Source: Candidatus Krumholzibacteriia bacterium
Lineage (GTDB): Bacteria; Krumholzibacteriota; Krumholzibacteriia; Krumholzibacteriales; Krumholzibacteriaceae
NCBI GenBank assembly: GCA_026387805.1
Contig: JAPLKY010000206.1
Span: forward strand, 1-47,593
Reading direction: 5' to 3'
Length of the DNA stretch: 47,593 bases
Shown here: piece by piece, positions 10,060-18,897 of the stretch
Layout of the letters: each line of letters starts with the position of its first letter
Position numbering within the stretch: the first letter of the stretch is position 1
Notes under the pieces: generated by a model
Told to the model about the DNA's origin: nothing
Database searches by the model: none
Seen by the model: only the letters and a program-made list of their open reading frames with translations
Translations under genes and position numbers: made by a program

Positions 10060-12606
10060 TCACCGTATGACGACGAATTTCCCTACGACCCGCCGGAATC
10101 TCCCGTCCTCCGGCTCGACGCTGAAAAGATACACGCCGCTCGCGATACTCTGCCCGTTCCTCGACACCATGTTCCACGGGAGCGTTCCGTTGCCGCCGAG
10201 GCCGTCGTGCGCGAGCGTCGAAACGAGATCTCCCGCGATCGTAAAGATTCTCACGGTGTTTCGGCACCTCGGGAGATTGCGGAACTCCAGCTTCTCCCCG
10301 CTCGGATCGCGGTTGTTCGGCTCGAGCGTCCACGGCGCCGTTTGCGCCTTCGTGACGGGATTCGGTACGACGTATATCTCTTCCTGAACGAAGTCCCCGT
10401 GCTCCTGCGCCGGAGAAAACGGTTCGACGTAGACGAAATTCGAAATGGGCGTGTCGCGCACACCGATGGCCGCCGGTTGACCGTTGAGCAGGAGATTGTC
10501 ATACGCCACCACGGAGTAGAAATAGGGCATCCCGTTCTTCGGCGCGGCGTCGACGTACTTGTAGTACTGCCTGCCTCCCTCGAGTCCGAGATTCCAGCGA
10601 GCGAGCGTCTCGAGCGTATCGCATTCCGCGCTCGTGAGCCCCGACGGACAGGGGAGCGGCTCGAGGGGCGCGGATGTCAGGCGCTGCTCGAACTCCTCGA
10701 TGAGGCTCTCGCGCTCGTCGAGTCGCGCGAGAGGATCGTAGCCGAATCCCCCCTCGGAAAACGATCGCTTGAAATCGTTGTCGGGCGCGAGCCCGTTGAC
10801 GAGATCCCTGCTCTCGATCAGATGCCACAGGTCGGCGCTCGGCCCGCTCGCGGCGTTCGTGCCGGGCGGACGGTGCCAGTCGTCGGCCCTCCAGATCTGG
10901 TATCCCTCGAAATCGTACCGCAGCGTGACGGGATCCCGCGTTATCTCGCTCAAGTTGTCCCAGAAGATCGTCGCCCTGCCGTCGCCGGCCATGGCCCGCA
11001 ACGCGGGAGGCGGAGGCGCCGTGCTCGTCACCCAATGAATCTGCGTTTCCTTTCCGTCGACGCCGGTTTGAAAGTCCCTGAGCGTCAGGTTTCCTCGGTA
11101 GCACGCGGAATAGTTATAGAACTCGAGTTCCTCCGCGCAATCCGCGTTCGTCCAGAGCGTGTCCCCTTTTCTCAGGCGGATGCTTTCATCGTAGCCGTCG
11201 CAGACGTCGGGGTCGACTGCATCCGCCGGCCCCCCAACCGGCGTCTCCCTGCCGCGGACCCCGGTTTCCGGCCGCCTGTCGACGTCGTACCAGATGCCGC
11301 GATAGACGTATGCCGCCATCGCGGCGTTATCGAGAAGCCCTTCGAGCCCCTCACCGCACGCGTAGGCCGCATGAATCTCGATCGCGGCGCCGGGCATGAG
11401 CTGGGAGAACGGGCCGAGGCTCATCAACACCCTGTAATCGTTCGGCTCGACCGTGTTCGGATCCTTCGTCGTATCCGAGAGCGAGGAATATCGCTCGAAA
11501 TCGTTCACCGGCTCTCCCCCGCGATCGAAGGGCAGAAGCCCGGTGAAAATCCTCACGGCGTTGAGCCGCCCTTTCGTTGGAACGGGATCCCCAGACGCTT
11601 GCGCCCAGGATCCGAGAAGCACGAGCCCGAAGTAGCCCGGCGTTCTGCCGCCGTCCCCGTCCGCGTCGTAAACGTACACGACGGTGAATCGCACCGGCAC
11701 GGACGCCTCGCCGACCCTCGCGCACCAGATCCCCTCCCAGGTCCCGATCATGTCGTCCCGAAAATAGTTGCCGAGGTTCCTCGGTCCGGCGTCGAGGTCG
11801 GCGTATATGCCGGCGTAGATATTCTCCAGGATGTCGTCTCCGGTATTTCTGACGCTGTAATGAACCCCGATGAAATTGTAGAGCTGCTTTTCGCTCCATT
11901 GGAAGGTCTCTTGCCGAACCTCGAGCCCGAGCGGCGAATGCTCGGGCCAAACCCGCCTCGCGGTCTCCTCGGTGTCGGAGTACCGGCACGAGTACATGAG
12001 ATTGCCGATCGCGGCGAAATCCTCGTCTATGCGCCCGTCGCCGTCGTCGTCGCGTCCGTTCAACCAGTCCTCGTTCACACGCCCGTCCCCGTCGTCGTCG
12101 GCGCGCCCGGGGTAGTTCTCGCCCCCCTTCGCCCCTTCCGCGGTGCGATAGATGACGTCAACCGGACCGCTCGACGGATAGAACTCGGTTTCGGGATATC
12201 CCGTGGAAACGGACGGCACGCCCGTTCTTTCCGCGCCGATCCAGATCCCCGCCGCGTAGAGATACTCGATCCCGCTCCCCGCGGGCCACTGCGCGGACGG
12301 GGAGTCGGACATCGGCATCCGGCTCGCCGGCATGGAGCCGAGGAATCCGAAGTTGGTCACGTTCATCTGGAGATTGCCGGCGAACTGGACGCGGCTCCCG
12401 TCGAGGACGAGCGTCTTCGCGATCGGGTCGAGCTTGCCGGGGAGCGCGGCCGCGCGGTCTTCCGGTCGCGCGGAGGTCAACGCGCCGGCGGCGGTCGGGG
12501 GCGCGCCAGCCGCGCGGGGGAACGGGCCGCCCGCGAAAAGAATCGCCCCGCACGCGAGCGCCATCGAGAGTATGATCTTCCTGATTTGCGGGAGAGAAAG
12601 CCGCAT
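10060..12606 (-). CDS. large secreted protein with acidic Ca-binding-type repeats and a FlgD-Ig/T9SS-like C-terminal domain (cassette copy 2, upstream gene)
   Basis: 848 aa with an ATG at 12606 and a signal-like N-terminus. It contains DDDGDGRVNEDWLNGRDDDGDGRIDEDF and a C-terminus VRIFTIAGDLV...SGVYLFSVEPEDGRFRRVVGKFVVIR. Confidence 0.85.
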   Translation of the reverse strand: MRLSLPQIRKIILSMALACGAILFAGGPFPRAAGAPPTAAGALTSARPEDRAAALPGKLDPIAKTLVLDGSRVQFAGNLQMNVTNFGFLGSMPASRMPMSDSPSAQWPAGSGIEYLYAAGIWIGAERTGVPSVSTGYPETEFYPSSGPVDVIYRTAEGAKGGENYPGRADDDGDGRVNEDWLNGRDDDGDGRIDEDFAAIGNLMYSCRYSDTEETARRVWPEHSPLGLEVRQETFQWSEKQLYNFIGVHYSVRNTGDDILENIYAGIYADLDAGPRNLGNYFRDDMIGTWEGIWCARVGEASVPVRFTVVYVYDADGDGGRTPGYFGLVLLGSWAQASGDPVPTKGRLNAVRIFTGLLPFDRGGEPVNDFERYSSLSDTTKDPNTVEPNDYRVLMSLGPFSQLMPGAAIEIHAAYACGEGLEGLLDNAAMAAYVYRGIWYDVDRRPETGVRGRETPVGGPADAVDPDVCDGYDESIRLRKGDTLWTNADCAEELEFYNYSACYRGNLTLRDFQTGVDGKETQIHWVTSTAPPPPALRAMAGDGRATIFWDNLSEITRDPVTLRYDFEGYQIWRADDWHRPPGTNAASGPSADLWHLIESRDLVNGLAPDNDFKRSFSEGGFGYDPLARLDERESLIEEFEQRLTSAPLEPLPCPSGLTSAECDTLETLARWNLGLEGGRQYYKYVDAAPKNGMPYFYSVVAYDNLLLNGQPAAIGVRDTPISNFVYVEPFSPAQEHGDFVQEEIYVVPNPVTKAQTAPWTLEPNNRDPSGEKLEFRNLPRCRNTVRIFTIAGDLVSTLAHDGLGGNGTLPWNMVSRNGQSIASGVYLFSVEPEDGRFRRVVGKFVVIR

Positions 12607-12825
12607 GCCTCGCCATGCCCCCCTATGGCATCGGGTGCAGATTGTGCCGAGAGCGATTCGTGCTTGGTCTTCTTGTGCTTAAAATATCGCGGTTTATGCG
12701 GCGCGCCGCAATTCCATAATGGCGTCGGGGCATCGAGGCGCGGTTCTCATTGCGCACGGCATGGGCTGCATTGCTCTAATTAGTGCCGGCTCCCCGAGAG
12801 GAGCCAACACCATTCCATGGCCGGA

Positions 12826-13338
12826 TCATTGAACAACGATCGTGGCTCCTCGCACATCCAGCTCTCGTGTAATCGATACCGCTTTGCCCGCATCATCGAG
12901 GAATTGAATGTTCTTGATGTTGATTCCCGTCGACCCAGCCGCAAGCCCAACAAATGTGACTTGGAGCAAGGCGCCGCTTCCTGAAACGCCGGCGTTGCCC
13001 TCCCCTCTTACTCTTCCAATGCCGACGCTCACCCCTCCGACAATAGGATGCGAGAAGGCGAGCGTGCTGCCCGTCCCAAGAATGCCCGAAGGCGGAATGC
13101 TCACGGCGGCCGCGCTCACTTTTGCCTCGTCGAAAAGGAGATCGAACGTGGCGGCGAAGAGATTCTTGGCAGCGCCCACATTCACGGCCATCGTCACCGT
13201 GCCTCCAACAGACACTGAGCACTCGGCAGGAGAGATTGAGATGCTCGCCCTCTCCTTCGGGGCTACTGGGCTGTCTTTCCCGCAACTGGTTACCAGGAGA
13301 CTGCACGCAATAGCCAGGATCATACACATTGCTTTCAT
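12826..13338 (-). CDS. cohesin-domain lipoprotein
   Basis: 170 aa with lipobox LLVTSC-GKD. The single domain has the cohesin-like pattern VSVGGTVTMAVNVGAAKNLFAATFDLLFDEAKV...GSGALLQVTFVGLAAGSTGINIKNIQFLDDAGKAV. It starts 12 nt after the stop of the dockerin-bearing gene. Confidence 0.6.
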   Translation of the reverse strand: MKAMCMILAIACSLLVTSCGKDSPVAPKERASISISPAECSVSVGGTVTMAVNVGAAKNLFAATFDLLFDEAKVSAAAVSIPPSGILGTGSTLAFSHPIVGGVSVGIGRVRGEGNAGVSGSGALLQVTFVGLAAGSTGINIKNIQFLDDAGKAVSITRELDVRGATIVVQ

Positions 13339-13350
13339 CTCAATCGCCCC

Positions 13351-16338
13351 CTATCTGATCAATACCATTTTCTTCGTTGCCGTGTAGCTCGGAGCAACGA
13401 GCCGATAGAAATATATGCCCGATGCAACTCTCTTCTCTTGATCATCCAAACCATCCCACATTACGCGATAGCTCCCGGGTGCGTGTTCCGCGTTCACCAG
13501 CAGCTTCACTTGTTGCCCACGAGCGTTATAGATTCTGATAGTTATGCACCCCTTGCTTGCCACGTCATACGCAATTTCTGTCGACGGGTTGAATGGGTTA
13601 GGATAGTTCTGGTGCACAAGGAATGCTTTGGGATCAGGAACGCCAAGGACTTTCTGAATGAACATTCTGATCTCATATTTCGGTCCTTCACGGGAATCCC
13701 GAACCTGATCATATAACATCTCCAGGACCTCCCTCTTCTCGCCGCGGCCGAACTCCTCCGTCCCCGGTCTGCTCGAAACGCCTCCCGAATGCGTCTTGCC
13801 CCAGTTCAGACAGACGGGGATAAAATCACCTATATCAATTCGTCCGCTGCCATCGGCATCGGCAAATGCGGCTTCGGGATCGGGCCAAATTCGTACGGTA
13901 TGCGATGACCATGCATAGTCAATCCCGATTCTCTGCGGCCCCGCTGCATACCAATGCTCGGCTAACGGCAGCACGTCGGCTGCTTCCACCACACCGTTGT
14001 TGTCCAAGTCACCCGGCCAGACGGCCAGCTCTCCTTGAATGGTAAAATCGCTGTTGCTTATCACAGAAGGATAGCCGTCGAGATCAGAGATCCGCACTCT
14101 GCACGTTGCAGAATGAACGGCGGGGACAGTCCATGTGTAGCTGCCATCATTTTCAGTACTCGACGTTATCGTGGACCAGTTGTTCCCGCCGTCGACAGAA
14201 TGCTCAATTCTGACGTTTCCCAAGACGCAGCTAGATTTCCAGACGATGTCACACGTATTGCCTGCGAGCAGTTTCTCGCCGCCGTTGGGAGCGGTCAAGG
14301 AGATTGCGGCTTCTTGAACCGTTATCCGCACTGGCGCTGATACCGCGAAGTCCAAACCGTCGCTTACGAGGAAAGTGACGTCGGTACGGCCCGACCAGTT
14401 TGCTTTAGGCTGAATATCGACGTATCGATTCCTGTCGATTGCCACCGCACAATTCGTGTCAGAATTCTCATGGACATAGTATCGCAGCTTGTCATCATCG
14501 CACTGCAGATCGACGGTGTACTGCCAGAGATCGAGAGCGTTGTCAAGTCGGCCACTTTCACATAATTGCAGATTGGGCTGGGTCCCCCACGCTATAATCG
14601 GTTTCGTATTGCGGTCTATCGTATTTTGGTAAAAGCATTGAACTCCGCCGCACCGGTCATATCCTTGTGCTATCCAGAACACCCAAAACCAACCGAAGGT
14701 TTCCGGATGAAACGATTGCACAACACGCCAAATTGGGCTGAATCCGTAGCAGTATTGATCGTACCCATCCGAGTTGCTGTCCATTAAATCCAAGAGGGCG
14801 CCTGTTACCCTGTATATCACTTTATCGCCGTTATCCCAGCCGTTACGCCACGTTGGTTTTTCGAGATCGACTGAACCTCCTCCTGGGAAATCAAATGTCT
14901 GATCGCCGATGACCGCCAGGGGATAGAAGTTCGCCCACCCCTCGTTCCATGCGCAATTCGATCCGCTCACCTTATAGGTACTGTAGAGCCCGTCATCCGG
15001 GCAGTCGCTAGGTGGCAGGGATTTATAGATGTTCCATATCATATTATGGGCCATTTCATGAAGTACGACGTCGGGCGCATCATCCGCGCTGCCCGTTTTT
15101 ATGTGAACATGACCTCCATTAGTATACCAGGCCAGAACATTGCCATTGTTCCACGGATCCTTATCATCAGGCCATTCGGCTATGGAACCGCCCGGCTGAT
15201 CGGGTGGATACCGAAAACCGCGATCCAAGTCATCCTTTATCCACCATGCCTTGACATAAAAAAACAGAATGCTCTTTGGTATGGCCCATGAGCCGATGCT
15301 GTTCGTGCCATCGGCAAACGCATACGCTCCAGTAGTGCCGTAGTATGTGTCATCCAGGCTGTCGCCCCCACGATGCACGACCAGGAGCTTGTAACTGTTC
15401 GGAGCGTAACTGACATACGTATAGATCCTGACTTTGACGCCAGTTGAGCCCGGATTGGTTACTGGTGGAAAGGTGAATTCCCCCCGACTATTGGTATATG
15501 CCCAAGCTAAATGGGATCCCGAACCATTCAGCAGCCGCACCAGGAAATAGCGGGCCGGCACCGGTTGGGCAAACAGATCATTCTCTGATCCCCTGTCGTA
15601 GTAGCTGAATTTCCCGGTGATTGTAAGGCTGCCGGCAGCGCTCTGCAGTTGGTGCGGGGCTACATTCTCCCGATCCGGATCCAGATCTGGAGGCTCTTCG
15701 GTAATCTCATCGACCGTCATACCTCGGATTCCCTCATTCGACCCTGTGCCGGGTAATGCATCCGGCAACTTTAGGGGCACAGCCTCAATGCGCATCGAAT
15801 CCCCTTCGAGAACATAACCCTCGCGGCTTCCGCTGTCATTGATGCTCAGCAGAAGATAGTCTACGGCGCTGTATGACGTGATTGAATCTGCTCGGGTTCG
15901 CGCACAAGCCTTGATGTACCAGTTCCCCGGGCTTTTAAACACGATCTGCGCTGAAAACGAATCAGGACTGCCTTGGCGCAAATCGCCGCGCCAGGAAAGA
16001 CTCCCTCCGGTCAGAGTTGCTCCTTCGGGCAATATGATTTCTGCGCTCACATTGGGCATATCCCAACTGGCATCCATGATGCAGCGAATTTCCGCTTGCT
16101 CCCGCAAGGCTGGAAACTCGGGCATGGACAACTTGACTTTGAGCGGAGTGCTGATTGCTTCGCGGGAAGGCTCCTTTCCAAGGTCTGTGTAGTCCTCATG
16201 CTGCTGCTGATCTTTCGCAATCGGTTTCATCCCATTGCCACTGATAATTCCCTCTCGTTCGCCCACCTGCCACGCCAATGACAAAACTAGAAGAACGATT
16301 GCAGTTGCCGGCACAAGAGCATATCGAGTGGTCTTCAT
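13351..16338 (-). CDS. 995-aa multidomain secreted HExxH protein with a dockerin module and a T9SS-type C-terminal sorting domain
   Basis: It has an N-terminal signal/anchor and HEMAH at nt 15046-15060. Two EF-hand-like dockerin segments, GDLDNNGVVEAADVLPLAEHW and ADADGSGRIDIGDFIPVCLNW, lie at nt ~13801-14013. The C-terminus is NYPNPFNPSTEIAYDV...IRIYNARGQQV...WDGLDD...SGIYFYRLVAPSYTATKKMVLIR. Confidence 0.8.
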   Translation of the reverse strand: MKTTRYALVPATAIVLLVLSLAWQVGEREGIISGNGMKPIAKDQQQHEDYTDLGKEPSREAISTPLKVKLSMPEFPALREQAEIRCIMDASWDMPNVSAEIILPEGATLTGGSLSWRGDLRQGSPDSFSAQIVFKSPGNWYIKACARTRADSITSYSAVDYLLLSINDSGSREGYVLEGDSMRIEAVPLKLPDALPGTGSNEGIRGMTVDEITEEPPDLDPDRENVAPHQLQSAAGSLTITGKFSYYDRGSENDLFAQPVPARYFLVRLLNGSGSHLAWAYTNSRGEFTFPPVTNPGSTGVKVRIYTYVSYAPNSYKLLVVHRGGDSLDDTYYGTTGAYAFADGTNSIGSWAIPKSILFFYVKAWWIKDDLDRGFRYPPDQPGGSIAEWPDDKDPWNNGNVLAWYTNGGHVHIKTGSADDAPDVVLHEMAHNMIWNIYKSLPPSDCPDDGLYSTYKVSGSNCAWNEGWANFYPLAVIGDQTFDFPGGGSVDLEKPTWRNGWDNGDKVIYRVTGALLDLMDSNSDGYDQYCYGFSPIWRVVQSFHPETFGWFWVFWIAQGYDRCGGVQCFYQNTIDRNTKPIIAWGTQPNLQLCESGRLDNALDLWQYTVDLQCDDDKLRYYVHENSDTNCAVAIDRNRYVDIQPKANWSGRTDVTFLVSDGLDFAVSAPVRITVQEAAISLTAPNGGEKLLAGNTCDIVWKSSCVLGNVRIEHSVDGGNNWSTITSSTENDGSYTWTVPAVHSATCRVRISDLDGYPSVISNSDFTIQGELAVWPGDLDNNGVVEAADVLPLAEHWYAAGPQRIGIDYAWSSHTVRIWPDPEAAFADADGSGRIDIGDFIPVCLNWGKTHSGGVSSRPGTEEFGRGEKREVLEMLYDQVRDSREGPKYEIRMFIQKVLGVPDPKAFLVHQNYPNPFNPSTEIAYDVASKGCITIRIYNARGQQVKLLVNAEHAPGSYRVMWDGLDDQEKRVASGIYFYRLVAPSYTATKKMVLIR

Positions 16339-16548
16339 AATCGAACCTCGCTTTCGGTTGGCTGGCCCTCGCCGAGAATAACGGCCGCATAGTGCGTTTT
16401 TCGGATTACAAAGCGATCGGAGAGAAAAACATTCGCTCGGACGGGATTCGCCGGCGAATTGGAATGGATCTATTTTCCGAAACCATCCCTTTCATGCCGT
16501 TCAATGGTCGACAAGCCGTGGAATCCAAACTCAAGAAAGGAGAGCGCC

Positions 16549-17202
16549 ATGAAACATCAATCCACTCACATTCCTCTCGTGCTTTCGCTCCTTATCCTTC
16601 TGCTGGCGGCGATCGCTACCGCCGGCCATTCCGAAGGGCAACTCAGGTTTGGCGGATACCTGCTTGCGCCCAGCGACGATGATATATGGAGCAAAGCGAG
16701 TGGAATGGATGCACAGCTTATCATGTGGGGTAAGCACGCAGGCATCGGCTTTACGTTCGGCTATGGCGAATGGACCGTTCCCGAGCAGTCCTCGGTCATC
16801 AGCAACTCATACTACGCGGTCGGGTCGGCGGTCGAGGGCAACGCGAACATGACCCCCCTCGGACTATCGCTGTTTCTCCGCACAGGCTCGAACAGCAAAG
16901 TGAATCTGATAATCGAAGGCGGGTTGCGCCTTCTCCTCATGGGATCCGATATCAATGCATCTCTTGTCTACTACGACTATTACAACTATGCAACCGCAAC
17001 CGGCACGATTGAGATCGACAACGCATTTGCGGGTATTCTCGCGGCGGACCTCGAGATCGGAGGGAATGAAACCGCCTCGCTCTTCGTTGGCGGGGGCCTT
17101 CAGATAGGCGGCACAAGCAAAATGAAATTTCAGAATCAGGAATTGGGCGAAGTCGAACTTTCCGCGGCCTTCTTACGGGCCGGCTTTACCGGAAGATTCT
17201 GA
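16549..17202 (+). CDS. outer-membrane beta-barrel protein (OmpA-barrel/OmpW-like porin family)
   Basis: ATG at 16549 follows an AAGGAG at 16537-16542, so the track's longer start at 16459 is unlikely. It has signal peptide ...LLLAAIATAGHS, alternating hydrophobic strands and a C-terminal ...FLRAGFTGRF ending in Phe. Confidence 0.65.
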   Translation: MKHQSTHIPLVLSLLILLLAAIATAGHSEGQLRFGGYLLAPSDDDIWSKASGMDAQLIMWGKHAGIGFTFGYGEWTVPEQSSVISNSYYAVGSAVEGNANMTPLGLSLFLRTGSNSKVNLIIEGGLRLLLMGSDINASLVYYDYYNYATATGTIEIDNAFAGILAADLEIGGNETASLFVGGGLQIGGTSKMKFQNQELGEVELSAAFLRAGFTGRF

Positions 17203-17236
17203 TCCCAGAGGACCGAAAAGAAGGGAAGGGGACAAA

Positions 17237-17860
17237 ATGAAGTTCATTTCTGTTTCGATCCTGGCGCTCGCCGTCACTGCATCAAATGCGTTCGCGGCGC
17301 CACCCAGCGAGGTCGAGCTCTTCACCGCGGGGCATGACTACTGGGGCCTGCAGGAGCAGGTCTTCATCAGAAACAATGGTCAGTATGGCATCAGCGCAAC
17401 CGTCGAAATCACCAGGATTCAAAGGGATCTCTGGATGAGCGAGGAATCCAAGGACTTTAAGAAACTTGATCTGGATCCCGGCGATACGATCTTTCTCGGA
17501 TACACCGTTGAGGATGGCATCGAATTTCAGTACCGCGTGGCGTCAGCCCGCTATATCGAGGATCGACCTCCCGCGCGCCGAGAATCCCCGGGGACGCGCG
17601 GCGAGATCAGAATACGACATGCCTCCGCGTATCCGTGGAGCATCCTCTTCGAAATGAACGGGCAGCGCTATGAATTGAACCCGGGACAGACGGTTGTCAT
17701 ACCGGCGAACGGATGGGCCAACGTCGCAGTATGGGAATGCGTCGGTGCGCGGGATAATTGCGGATGGGATCGGTACACATGCAGCAGTGGTATGAACTAC
17801 CGCATAGTCGATTACCCTGGCGGGCAACAATGGGATCTCGTCGTAGCGGTTGACAATTAG
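17237..17860 (+). CDS. secreted hypothetical protein
   Basis: 207 aa with signal peptide MKFISVSILALAVTASNAFA. It starts 34 nt after the OMP gene and is followed by a strong hairpin. I recognised no motif. Confidence 0.6.
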   Translation: MKFISVSILALAVTASNAFAAPPSEVELFTAGHDYWGLQEQVFIRNNGQYGISATVEITRIQRDLWMSEESKDFKKLDLDPGDTIFLGYTVEDGIEFQYRVASARYIEDRPPARRESPGTRGEIRIRHASAYPWSILFEMNGQRYELNPGQTVVIPANGWANVAVWECVGARDNCGWDRYTCSSGMNYRIVDYPGGQQWDLVVAVDN

Positions 17861-17918
17861 AGGGCGAACGCAAATGGAGCGGGCGAGCACCGGAGGGGTG
17901 CGAGGCCGAAGCCAGGCA

Positions 17919-17951
17919 GGAAGCAGGCGGGAAACCAGTCCGCCTGCTTCC
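17919..17951 (+). terminator. stem-loop, probable intrinsic terminator of the OMP/207-aa operon
   Basis: GGAAGCAGGCGG-gaaaccagt-CCGCCTGCTTCC forms a perfect 12-bp stem 59 nt after the stop at 17860. The T-tract is weak (atattct). Confidence 0.5.
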
Positions 17952-18074
17952 ATATTCTGAGTCTGACAATAAAGCTGCGAATTCCTTCCGAAATCGTGCA
18001 GGCTCTCGCGTTCCAAGAGTAGATGGACACATAGGAAACGGACAACCGACTCATATCGACGGGAGGTACAAGCG

Positions 18075-18896
18075 ATGTTCTCCGCAACAAACTGCGAAAA
18101 AGGCACACACTTCGTATTCCGCGAAGCGAAAACGATCGATGATCTCGGGGCGCTTCTGCGGCTTCGCTATCGGGTCTATCGCAACAGCAACCTCGCCAAG
18201 TTCATCCCACAAAACGACTTCAGTCTCGATGTCGATTGCTACGACGTGCGTGCACGGCACTTTGGACTATTTGAGGTAAAGAAGAACAAGGAACGGGCGG
18301 TGGGGTATCTCCGCGTCGTCGAGGATCGCCCGGTTCCGGCTCAGCACACCATCTTCAGCCTCGTCAATGGAATACCGGAGCTGCGCCGCAGGCTCGAGGA
18401 GACGCCCGAATATCCTTTCCCAATGATGAATTATCTGCCCGATCCCTCCGTTCTTGAGAATCTGCGCGAGAGCATAGCCGAGGACGGTGAACGCATGATC
18501 GAACCGTGCCGCTTTGCGCTCGATGAATCATTCAGGTCGCTCCGCCTCGCCAGGCATATGGTTGAATCGATACTCGCAATATTTGGATCATATCTGGGGA
18601 TTGACCACGCGATCTATTGCTGCGATGCCGCCAATGCAGCTTTCTACAAGGCATATGGATTCAATTATCTCGAGGGCATTCCAGTAAGCGACTTCGCGGG
18701 CATCGGCGAGAAGTCGTGCTGTCTATTCGCTTCATATGCGGAACTTCCATTGCCCGTTCGGGAGCGGATCGAACTAATGGCAGATGCCTATGCGGAAACC
18801 GGTAGGATCTGTTGCGTTCCCGGAGAACCGAATCAATTCTATAGCTCCGAACCCGCACCCGATTATGACTTGATTTTCGCCCTGGCAACGGCTTAG
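18075..18896 (+). CDS. GNAT-fold N-acyl amino acid synthase / acyl-HSL-synthase-like acyltransferase (FeeM / exosortase-associated acyltransferase type)
   Basis: A GGGAGG lies 8 nt upstream of the ATG. N-terminal FREAKTIDDLGALLRLRYRVYRNS...DVDCYDVRARHFGLF and C-terminal IEPCRFALDESFRSLRLARHM...FYKAYGF match the layout of this family as I remember it. Confidence 0.55.
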   Translation: MFSATNCEKGTHFVFREAKTIDDLGALLRLRYRVYRNSNLAKFIPQNDFSLDVDCYDVRARHFGLFEVKKNKERAVGYLRVVEDRPVPAQHTIFSLVNGIPELRRRLEETPEYPFPMMNYLPDPSVLENLRESIAEDGERMIEPCRFALDESFRSLRLARHMVESILAIFGSYLGIDHAIYCCDAANAAFYKAYGFNYLEGIPVSDFAGIGEKSCCLFASYAELPLPVRERIELMADAYAETGRICCVPGEPNQFYSSEPAPDYDLIFALATA

Positions 18897-18897
18897 A

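Larger units (their letters stand above)
2922..12606 (-). repeat. tandem duplication of a two-gene unit (unit 1 = 2922..7690, unit 2 = 7829..12606), diverged
   Basis: The 846-aa and 848-aa products align along their whole length, as do the 743-aa and 742-aa products. Sampled stretches are roughly 60-70% identical by eye, e.g. NLQMNVTNFGFLGS...SAQWPAGSG and NLLWVDDFYST...FPTEKEHD. Gene order and tight coupling are the same in both units. Confidence 0.9.

Noticed and set aside
10055-10333. N-terminal extensions offered by the ORF track: 7829..10333, 1061..2122 (in front of the M90 peptidase), 40088..40939, 41736..41879, 36902..37408, 16459..16548, 24916..25020 and 23388..23480.
   Set aside because: Each extension overlaps the preceding gene or a promoter candidate and is Arg-rich or featureless. 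In each case an internal start with a Shine-Dalgarno sequence and a sensible signal peptide or family N-terminus is available.
12788-12805. Possible direct repeat marking the island ends: GGCTCCCCGAGAGGAGCC (12788-12805) against GCTCCCCAGAGAGAGA (37693-37708).
   Set aside because: Only about 12 nt are shared, and with an indel. The left copy is itself a small palindrome. There is no integrase or tRNA to support an att-site interpretation, so this is within chance expectation.
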